Shown one piece after another: positions 53,041-64,000 of a DNA stretch of 64,000 nt. This stretch comes from Octopus vulgaris (lineage: Eukaryota): assembly GCA_951406725.2 (NCBI GenBank), contig OX597819.1, forward strand, positions 42,842,001-42,906,000, read 5' to 3'. Positions within the stretch are counted from its first letter, which is position 1. Every line of letters starts with the position of its first letter. The translations under genes and the position numbers were made by a program. The notes under the pieces were generated by a model. That model did not search any database and was not told where the DNA came from. It saw only the letters and a program-made list of their open reading frames with translations.

Positions 53041-54633
53041 ACAACCAGAAGGATCGGTCTTAACACTTCTACTGCAGGGTATGGGTCTTCTTGAGTACAG
53101 CCAGGTGAGAGGTGTCTCAGTCCTTTGTCATATACACACACACATGTATGTATGTGTGTGTGTATATATGTATATATATATATATCATTGTTGGGTAACA
53201 ATCTACAAAAGAAGTACTTAATACAAACAGAATGCAAGAATGCAGTAGTTTATTTAAGCTAGTCCAGTGGCCTGTTATTCTGCAGTTTCCATGACATGCA
53301 AACAAGGCAGCATCTTCAGACAAGTCAAACCTGGAGATGGAAATAAAAAAAAAATGTGTACAGATATTACAGTAGTGCAACGTGCTTTTCACCCAGTCTG
53401 ACTTGCCTGAATAGCAGCTAAATATTGTGGAAACACCAGTGTAGCAGGTCACTGGACCAACTACATGTGTGCACACGCACACACACAGAGGCCCATATAA
53501 TTGTATTTGCTGTAGTTTAGTCCCTGACTGAACTAGCTTGTGAGCAAATGCATTTCAGCCATGACCATCCCGTCATTTTATACTGAACTATGTCATCCTA
53601 GATACATATATCTTCCTCACTATGACAATAAGAGGGTGATCTGAAGGAGATATGGCTAATATTATTAACAGGCTGAGTGACCATGAGATACCTGGTCCCA
53701 GCCTTTATTGGCTCGCAACAGGTGTCAGCAATTATAGTACAGTCACAGTTGTTTTCTCTTAATTACTAATATGCTAACAAATTCAAACAATCAGACAATC
53801 ATTTCTACCATCCAGTTCAATAAGACTGAATACCAGTAACATACTAAGTTTGATTCAATTGGATATATACAACTATAACTAAGAATGCATCAATAAATAT
53901 TATTAGAGCTCAATAAATGAAATGAATAAGGTCCAAACAGCCTAAGACTTCTAGCTTCTGGGTTCTCCAAAACAATGAATTTATATCCTCTTACAAGTGA
54001 TGCAATCAGTCCCCCAATTTGTGTTTCACTTAATTCTACTTGCTTGAGGCAGTATTCTTTAATTAAGAAATCATCATCGTTACCATAATTATTATCAGAG
54101 CAAACAGAAGCCATTTTCATACTTACGATAGAGAAATCCTATAAAATTCAGATATTTGGCTTTTCTTGCCTAAATTTTAGAATGAGAAGAACATCTGGAC
54201 AATTTTGTGATAATTACTAATTCAGAAGTATTATATGGCTGTTTTAAAAGAACCATGATAGAAGTGTGGCAGAACAATGGAAAGAGTATACAGAAGGGTA
54301 AGAATTAAATAAGTGATAGTCAAAAGTAGAAGGAAGTTAGGTATGCATATGTGCATTCTTTTCAACGATTTCAGTTATTGGATCATGACCAAGCTGGAAT
54401 ACTGCCTTCTGCAGATGTCAAATGAGATAGAGAGATATATAGAAAAAAAATGTTATGTACATGAGAGGGAGAGAAGAAAACACTGGTGAAGTTAATAAAT
54501 TCTGAAAAGGTTTTTGCTTGTTAAGTATCATTATTACATCAAGGCAGTGATTAATATAATTATTATAGTTAATCACACTCAGAATTAATTTAATCACTTC
54601 TACTTTCCTTCAAAAATTTGTGTGTGTTGGTAT

Positions 54634-55010
54634 CTTTTACTCTTTTACTTGTTTCAGTCATCTGACTATGGCCATGCTGGAGCACCACCTTTAGTTGAGC
54701 AAATCAACTCCAGGACTTATTCTTTGTAAGCCTAGTACTTATTCTATCGGTCTCTTTTGCTGAACTGCTAAGTTATGGGGACGTAAACACATCAGCATCG
54801 GTTGTCAAACGATGTTGGGGAGGGACAAACACAAACATATAAACGCACACACACATATATATACATACGACGGGCTTCTTTCAGTTTCAGTCTTTGGTTG
54901 GCCCGAGGCTATAGTAGAAGGCACTTGCCCAAGGTGCCATGCTGTGGAACTGAACCCGGAACCATGTGGTTCGCAAGCAAGCTACTTACCACACAGCCAC
55001 TCCTGCACCT
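54634..55010 (-). mobile_element. SINE family A with a small internal deletion
   Basis: Reverse-complement match that lacks the ACCAAATCCACTCACAAGG segment seen in other copies. Confidence 0.9.
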
Positions 55011-55029
55011 AAGTAGCAAATAATAATAT

Positions 55030-56575
55030 TTGTTTCTAATTTGGTCACAAGGCCAGTAATTTTCAGAGAAGGAGTTCAGTCAATGTCATTGACCCCTGGC
55101 AAAGTACTTTAGCTAGTACTTTATGTTATATACCATGAAGGGATGATGGGGAAACCCGACTTCAGTAGGACTTGAAATCAAATACAAAGAATCTGGGGAG
55201 GAGACCAGTTGATTATATCTACCCCAGTCCTCAACTGGTACTTATTTTCATGACCCAGAAATGATGAAAGGCAAAGTCAACTTCAGAGTAACAATAATAT
55301 TTATCATAAATGCTTTCCAACAGTTTTATGCAAAATTTCTGTGCAGCAACTAGTGTACTTTGCATGTGTGTGCATACATGTGTGTATACAGCAATGTCTT
55401 TTGAAGGACGTTTACACCAAATCAGCATTGCTGTGATATTTGTTGCGGTAGCCAAATATCCCATTAAGCCAGCTGCAAGTTCCAGTTCTCACTTCGCTTT
55501 GCTTAACGTCAAATGTAATATTCTTACACTTCTTGTCTCTCTGCTTGTAAGAATCTTAAATTTTATGACTACATAAGAAAGTACTACTTATTATTATCAT
55601 TATCATCGTCATGGCAGAATCAACAGTGTTGAATAAAATGTCTGCAGGTATTTAGTTACATTCCTTTAGCTCTGTGTTCAAATTCCGAAGGAGTTCCTCT
55701 GTGCCTTTCATTCCTGCTATAGTCAATAAAATAGACACCATTTAGTACTACAGTTAATTAAAACTGACGACACTCCTCCCCAAAAATGTGTGACTTCTTA
55801 TCAACGTTAGAATTTATAATTACTATACAATTAGAGCAGGGTAAGTGACAGACTAAGTACCTAAAAGCATTCCGTATATAATCGTGCCAATGTTCTAAGT
55901 TCAAATCTCTCATGAGTTGACTCTGTCTTGCATTCAAGGAAGAGAGCAGGGTATGTTGGTGAAGGAAGTACCAAGCATGTCAAGTCAATTGAATCTACCC
56001 CTCTACTATACATTTATGATCCTCTGTTAAACACATGTAAGAAATTAACAGCAGTGCCGTTTAGTTTGCACAGTTTCAGCCTCATTCTTCTTTCTCATCA
56101 GTTGTCCAACAATTATGATCATACATCATATCAATCCTACTGGAATTGAAGTGCCACTGACTTGAAATCTAATAGCATTGATTTGAAGCTTGATGAAAAT
56201 AAGTAGAGAAAAAAAAAATAATAATAATAATCTTTTCTACTAAATGCACAAGGCCTGAGATTTGGGGGGACGGGACAAGTCAATTATATTGCCTCAGTGT
56301 TTCACTGGAACTTAATTTACTAACCTCGAAAGGATGAAAGGTAAAGTCAATCTTGATGGAATTTGAACTCAGAACACAAAGACAGACAAAATACCACTAA
56401 ACATTTCAGCCAGCATGCAAACAATTCTGTGAGCTTGCCACCCTGAGACAATAATAACAACAAACAAGGCCTCGAATCTTAAGGGAAGAATATATATTCT
56501 ATCATATCAACCTCAATACTTGAGTGATACTTATTTTCTTGACTCTGGAATGACAAAAAGCGAAGTTGACCTCTG
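55030..56575. mobile_element. Cluster of about six degenerate SINE family B copies in both orientations
   Basis: Repeated CACAAGGCC, GGATGAAAGG and AAATTC/GAATTTGAAC motifs. Confidence 0.7.
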
Positions 56576-56597
56576 TATTTTGTCCTTCCTGAGTATA

Positions 56598-56686
56598 ACA
56601 ACACTGCTACAATACTTCTTAAACACTGTTACAACTCTTCTCAAAACACTACTACAACACTTCATAACACTGCCACAACACTACAG
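56598..56686 (+). repeat. Minisatellite, ~21-bp unit, about 4 copies
   Basis: Degenerate AACACTGCTACAACACTTCT units. Confidence 0.8.
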
Positions 56687-57193
56687 AATATAACTATGAC
56701 ATAAAACCCCTTTTCTTTTTTTCTTCCTTTTTTGAAATGGTAGAAGGATTCATCATCTTAGCCATATTTTTTCAATTCAAACCTATGTGATTTCCCCATA
56801 CCTTCTTAAAACATACCTACAGTTTCACATGCAGGTGATATTCTATTCACAATATCCCACTGTTCTCCAGTAACAATCAGCTGCACAACACCGCCAAATA
56901 CTACACTGACAAGCTAGAAGAAGCCTGATTCCAAAACAACAGGCAAAGTGGCACCTACCAATATTTTCTTCTCAATCAACAACAGAACATCAAATAACAA
57001 ACCAGTAATAACATTCAACAACAGAAGATATAGAAAACAGGAAAAAAACCCAATGCATAATCATACACACTACAATCATAGACACATTTTTTTGGCCAAC
57101 AAAGTAACAACAACAAGGGTGCACGTGCAACACATGAAATTTATCATAGACATGTATACCAACATTGCCTGACTCCTAAAAAACATAATGAAC

Positions 57194-57230
<37 letters not shown>

Positions 57231-57777
57231 TAAAACAACACATTATATGTCACCACAGATTGTATTCAGACAACACTCACAAACCATCTACACACACAAC
57301 AAAACCAAAAACTAAAGATCTGGATATGTGAGGAGCACAGTTTGGTGCTGTTGCTATAACACATGTTAACCTTCACGATCTCTAGTCACAACAGAGGGAA
57401 AAAAAAAAAAATCACATAATCGCTTCCAAATACCCAGACATGTTCACAATACCTCACAACACTATTACAACAGCATCTTTTCCACTAACCTCAGTAACGG
57501 TTAAAGCCTGCACGTACATATAAATATACCATAACTGAAACAAAAGTTCTTGTGGGTCAGGCCTAGTCATTTGGCCAACTACCCGAGTGCCATAGAATGA
57601 ATGGTTCAATCAGAGATGACAGGGAATTGCACAACACACAACAATAATGTGAGTCTTAAGTGGGAGGAATTCTTCTGACTTGATCATGACAATCTAAAAA
57701 CACCATAGACACATAAAAATACTTAAAGCATCAATAACCTTATTAACTTGTGCTGGAATGTATAGTATGAGTAATAA

Positions 57778-57982
57778 TTCTTTCTACTATAGGCACAAAG
57801 CCTGACATTTTGCAAGGAGGGGACTGGTCAATTAAACTGACCCCAGTGCTCAACTGGTACTTATTTTATCAACCCCGAGAAAATGAGAAGCAAAGCCAAC
57901 CCTCGCCAGAATTTGAACACAGAACGTAAAGAGCGAGAAGAAATACTGACATGCTAATAGTTCTGTCAGCTTGCCACCTTTA
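57778..57982 (-). mobile_element. SINE family B
   Basis: Full reverse-complement match, from the TTCTACTATAGGCACAA tail to the CTTGCCACCTT head. Confidence 0.88.
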
Positions 57983-58429
57983 ACACAACCAATAATAATA
58001 AGAAGAAACAGAACATCCGAATTGTCATGCCTCCACTGACGTACCCAGACTATCACAGAGTTCTCTTCCATAGGATAAACTACTGCACGTCAAGATACGC
58101 AGCATGCTCCTCAAACAATGGATTTGCTGAACATACCAAGGCATTTTACCGATTAAGCTATGTATCAAAGCTGACATGGGGTGCTAAACAGCAAAAACAA
58201 AAAGACATTGAAATTCATACAAGAAGAAATCATGTTAAGGACCATGTACAATGAAAAGCATTACGAGTACAAGATAATAAAAATTTGTTTTAAAGACACA
58301 ATGCTACATGCAGACTTTGAGGCGGGGAAAAAAAAAATGTAGTTGGTTGTATTAAATCCTAAGTTGATTTCATACAACAGGTTGTGAACAACAATGATAT
58401 TACTTACAGGTTTCCAACAGACCAGTCAT

Positions 58430-60110
58430 TGGTCTACTATACTTAACTTGTACATAATTTAATCGACCCTCAGTGCGCTTTACTATTGCGTCGATCCAGC
58501 AAGGATGAAAGTCAAAAAACAACGATAAACGCGGGATTTGCACACATAATGTAAAGGGACATAACTAAACATTGCAATGCATTCTGACTGTTGCATTACT
58601 GCTTTTACCCAACTTATATAATGATATTGATGAAATTTTCTTTTATACTTTTAAATTGTATATACATATATGTATTTGTTAATGTATTGGTGCCAGACAG
58701 TGGGATTTCAAGCCAGGATGTGAAGTACCACAACAAATAGGGCAAGCAATTATTATTATTCCGTGTTCAAACGAGTCTGTTAATCATCATTTATTTACAA
58801 TAAGAGCTACAAATTTGGAAGGGACAGCTGCAGTTGATTGATTCTATCTCAGCACATCACTGGTACTTATTGTATCAACTCAGGGGAAATGAAAGTAAAA
58901 ATCAATGCCAAGGGAATTTAAATTCAGGAAGTAGAGAGACAGGCAACCCCGCCCCAAAAAACTGCAAGGGATTTTAAAATTCAGCACTTCAATGTTACCA
59001 TCACTCCACTACCCATATTATTATTATAATTATTATTGAGGTGGTGAGTTGGCAGAATTGTTAGCATGCTGGGCAAAATGCTTGGCAGTCTTTTGTCCAG
59101 CTTTACGTTTTGAGTTCAAATTCTGCTGAGGTCAACTTTGCCTTTCATCCCTTCAGGATTGATAAAATAAGTACCAACTGGGGTCAATGTCATTGACTCA
59201 TCTCCTCCCTCAAATTGCTGCCCTTGTGGCAAAATTTGAAATTATTATTATTATTAATATTATTATTATTAAGGTACTAAGCTGATAGAATTGTTGGCAT
59301 GCTGGACAAAATGCTTAGCAGCCTGTCTTTCACCTTTACGTTCTGAATTCAAATTTCACTGAGGTTGACTCTGCTTTTTGTTCTTTTGGGGTCAATGAGC
59401 ACAAGGGTTAATGTGATCAACTCACCCCCTTCCCCAAAATTTCACACCTTGTGCCTATAGTAGAAAGTATTATTACGAGGGTGGTGGATTTAAAGAGTGC
59501 CTTACAGCACTTCTCTTTGATTCTCTATGTTGTAAGTTCAAATCTTGCTGTGGTCAACTTTGCAGTTAATTCTTTCTAAGTAGATTAAATAAAGCACCAG
59601 ACAAGTACAGGGTGTGACATGGAGTGGAGTTAATTTAAATTGCCTAACCCCCTTTCCCTTACCCTCAAAATTGCTGTAATCTGGTAGAATTGGTAGAACA
59701 TTGGAAAAGAAAAAAATATGTAGTGGTATTTGTTCCAGTTCAGAGCATTCTGGGTTCAGATCCTGTCAAGGTTAATTTTGCCTTCCACTTTTCCAGGGAC
59801 AATGGATATGAAAATAACCGGCTAAGACTAGGCCCCTCCCCTCAAAACTATTGGCCTCATGTCAAAAAATAGAGACACACAACAAAGTGGCAAGCTAGCT
59901 GAATTGTTAAGATTGTTAGATAAAAACGCTTTGTATTTCCCTCAGCTCTTTTAATCCCGTTGAGGTAAACTTTGCTGGTTGTCATGGTTGGGGGGCATTG
60001 CTTTAATAGAAATAAAATACCAGTCAAGCCCTGGGGTTGCTATAATCGATTATCCCCCACCCCCACCCTGACCTTTCAGATTTCTGGCCTTATACCTATG
60101 TTGGAAATTA
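58430..60110. mobile_element. SINE family B cluster: 2-3 old minus copies, then five head-to-tail plus copies (59038-60110)
   Basis: Heads at ~59038, 59270, 59477, 59680 and 59885, several separated by (TTA)n. Confidence 0.82.
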
Positions 60111-61115
60111 TTGCTTTTCTTACAAGACAGTGCCACCCCATTTTACAAAGATATAGAAGTTCATGGCAAACCAGATTATATGTTTTTAGTATTGCACTGT
60201 TCAGGTTTCTTCAACTTTATATGGGACTAGAAAAATAAATACCAGAATCTAGTGTCAACACCAACTATATGTACACTATAGCAAAATAACCGCATTTAAT
60301 TAATTATGATTATTTATTAATATCATTATAACATATAAATGCTCTGATAACTATTAGGGTAGTTGTGTCCAAAATTAGTTTGTTAATGGAGTTTGCAGGT
60401 AAAATGCAAAATAGTTGACAATGTATGTTACTCGTTTTTGTTTTGATTAAAAAAACTTTTTTTTTTAAAGCAAGCTTAAACTAATATGCTTTACTTATTC
60501 TGTTTTAAAATAAAATAAAAAATTGATTACAAAGAACAGGGAGACAAAGGGGCCGACAGTTAGGTAAGGTGTTTGTTAAAAAAAGAGAGAAAGCATATCG
60601 AGAAAAATGAACAAAAAGTAAAATAAATTACGTAGAAATTATGATTCTATTAAAATAATAATGATGATGATAATATTAACAACAACAACAACAATGTTTA
60701 ACAACTATCACACCCACAACATACCTGCTTTGTATAGTAGCCGACAGGTTTACCAACAGGTGAATAATCAAAACAATGATGATGATAATGGTAATGGTGA
60801 TGATGATGATGAAAACATTGAGAAATGGAATGTTGTGCTTACCATGGCTAATGTTGGAGAAAATACTCCAGGTAAAAGTAGGAAAGGCTTCTCACATGGG
60901 TGTAAAATATTCAAATGCATTTCAGAAGCAATAATCCTATCTGAATGAATGGTATTGGCGTATATTGTGATGTAAAATAATAATGATGATTATAAATAAA
61001 GTTTGGAATAAATAAGTGATCATCTGCAGGCATGTGTCTCTTTCAAAAGTAGTTTTAAGTTAAATAAATGCTAAAGAAGGGGAGAAAGAATTTACAAAAA
61101 AAAAAAAGAAGAAAA

Positions 61116-61117
<2 letters not shown>

Positions 61118-61195
<78 letters not shown>
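61118..61195. repeat. (GA)n microsatellite
   Basis: Directly visible. Another lies at 63040-63104. Confidence 0.97.
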
Positions 61196-61202
<7 letters not shown>

Positions 61203-63035
61203 AAATCCTTAAGACCAAACCCTCTCAGAAAACTAGTGGTTAGCATATGTGGGCCTGTGTGATGTCAATGACAGAGGGTCCTCTTACCAGTCAGCTATAT
61301 AAATGTGTATAGTGATCTAGTTTGCTAGTTGTAAAAAAGCTGGGCCCAGCCATTATTGTTTTGACTGTTAGGTGGAAGTGGAGTAGGTTGAGCTGGCTAG
61401 CCAGAGCTCATTCCGCCCTCACCCCACCAAAAACTCCTCTCCACCCTGGTTTCCCCTACAACCTCAAGGTCCCCACCCCCTCCACCAAGTCAACACCTCC
61501 TTCTCCTCCTCTACTACTACAGCTGGGGTGACAGCCCCATGCAATATATCATGCCAATTGCTGCTGGTGACACTTGACAGTTTTGTATATCTTCTAGTCT
61601 TACTGAGCCAGTCAACTACCATAACATACATGGATCTTAAGAGGTGGCTTGAAGGACAGCTATAGGCCTGCCAGCCAATCCAAATGTTTCTCTTTCTCTC
61701 CCCCCTCTCTCTCTCCCTTTCTCTTTCTCACTCTCTCATACACACACAAGCTTTCTCTCTATCTCTCTTTCACAAATACAGATATATAGAGAGGAAAGAA
61801 AAATAAAACAGTAATCAGCCACATACCCTACCCCACCCTTACCACTCCCACCCCTGCTCAATATTATTGTTTTTTTTTTTTTTTTTTTTTATATATTATT
61901 AGCATTCCAAAAGTTTCTAAAGCAGAGCCTGAAGAAAGCAATAATCTTCCTCCTACAACAGACACACACAATAATTTTTTTTAAAATCTAGGACCCCACC
62001 TTCACCACCACTAACCACTTCACCTTACTGTTTAATGCTTGTTGACTCTCAATAAAAATTAAAAAAAAAAAACATTTTTTTTTCTGGTGAAACAACACCT
62101 CAAAAAGTGAATATATATAACCCAATGACTTCATATGTATGTATATGTATACATACATGTGAAATAACTGGATTGTGTTTGCAAAGTCCTACTTGCAAAA
62201 TAATTTTTGATGGCAACGTGAAAAGAACTCAATACATGAGCAGTGTAAATATATCTTGTATGTTATTAGTTCTGGTCACTTCACATCTCATTAACGATAG
62301 CTTCATGCCCAGAGGCAATCCTCAAAGAAGGTTCATGGCACATATACACACACATGTTTCAGTGTATAACAATAATTGAAAATAGAAACAAAACTGCCTT
62401 TGTTATAAACGGTGTATGCATTCTAAATCGCCAAATCTGTTGATGGAACAAATCAACAAGCATCAGTCCGTGTAGGAACAAAGATTTATAACAATATGTA
62501 TTGCACACGATCTTTCTTTTCCGTAGGGCAATCGTAATCGCGTCAGTTACAACACACACACAAAACTAAGGAGCATGATAAATAAACAAACAAACAAACA
62601 AACATACAGGAAGACACTGACTGCTCAAGAATTACAGCAAAAGAAAAAAAAAAGAAAAAGAAAAAGAAGAAAAAAAACCTGTTGGGAGATATTTCTATGC
62701 CTGGAGTAATAAGTTGTCTATAAAAACCCTTATTAGTAAATGTGACATTTTTTGTCATCTTATACAAGAAGTGTCATGCAAAATAAAGCAAACACCTTGA
62801 GAAGAAATCTCTATGTCATTCTAAGCATCAATCACCTTGCAAGCAAATATACCTGCTTGCACGCACACACACACACACACAAGCTATTCAGAAGCGCCTT
62901 TTAGCATTTACATGATACAAAATATTATTTATTTTACTACAATTTTTTTTCCGTGTATTTTTAATACCTATTTTGTTGTAAATATATTTTTGATTAAATA
63001 ATGTTTTATATATTTTAGAAAAATGCTATTATGTA

Positions 63036-63104
<69 letters not shown>

Positions 63105-64000
63105 CATAATCATTGTCCTAAAAATGGTATAGCACAACAATATATCACAATCCTGTCTAGCTGAAAGGGCATTCCCAGTCCATTTGCCTGGGGTGGTCCA
63201 GGCAGCTGACAGTAAGAACAACAGTAGGAGACTAGTTAATCCTGGAACCCCTGAGTCAGAACAGTTGATGGTGAGTGGGTGGGGAGCAGAGGGGAGGTTA
63301 ATGAGTGTAGTGAAGTAAGAAGGTGAGACATATATTAAGATCTTGGATGTTAACCATTTTATAGTAAATAATTCTGAATCTGTGTGTGTGTGTGTGTGTG
63401 TGTGTCCATGCATGTATGGAGGTAGGGAAGCAAACTGGCAGGCAGACAGACAGACAGTGGATCATATTGTACTAGAATCTCACTAAAGTTGAAGAAGCAG
63501 GAGAGTAAGGAAACATTCAAATTATTCAAATGCATAATGGAGATAATACTGTCTTTTGTCACCATTTCCTTCATCAACAACTCCCAATAAAATGATGCCT
63601 AAATCTTTCCTTTACATTGCACTGTGAAGGTTCATTGGTCACTGCTTGATACTTCAGTTTAGCTCCAATTCACAACAACATTATATAAAAAGATGACATT
63701 CTTGACCCCTACAATTGCTGTATCAACATGACATTTCCATATACTAGAAGTGGCAGTCTGTAGAAGGTGACCATAGCAATATACACAGAGAACATCTTTG
63801 ATCTTCATATGAACTGCATTCTTAAACTATAGAGAAAGCTGACCAAATATTCCCACTGACTACTTTAGTTTCATTCAGAAACCATATTTTGATGCTGATA
63901 AGTGGTTTGTCCTTCAATCCATCGTCCTGCTCCTTTTACACCCTTGAGAACTTATGTATCTGCACACTATCTGTTCTAAACCTGTGTCCCTATTTTCTTT

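Noticed and set aside
59038-60110. Regularly spaced repeats resembling a CRISPR or other repeat-spacer array
   Set aside because: The units are whole ~200-bp diverged SINEs, the context is eukaryotic and there are no cas genes.

Overview
This is AT-rich, microsatellite-dense metazoan non-coding DNA. The SINE repertoire and simple-repeat load suggest an octopus genome (from recall, not a database search). I cannot support any intact protein-coding gene, rRNA, true tRNA or CRISPR array, and nearly all ORF-track entries are artefacts of microsatellites or SINEs. The window holds several tRNA-derived SINE families (dozens of copies), two ~220-bp TTAA-flanked piggyBac-like MITE families, a decayed Hsmar1-like DD34D mariner 3' end, very degenerate LINE RT fragments and hAT-like ends. 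An excess of A, (CA)n and (GA)n on the + strand suggests a long intron of a minus-strand gene, with a few weak candidate exons. The most unusual items are a near-perfect 107-bp palindrome (50753-50859), a 30-nt templated insertion, a MITE with a local empty-site paralog and nested SINEs, head-to-tail SINE arrays built on (TTA)n tails, and a dense TGCA cluster. I see no convincing novel multi-gene system. Repeat boundaries are by eye (about +/-10-20 nt) and family labels A-E are mine.
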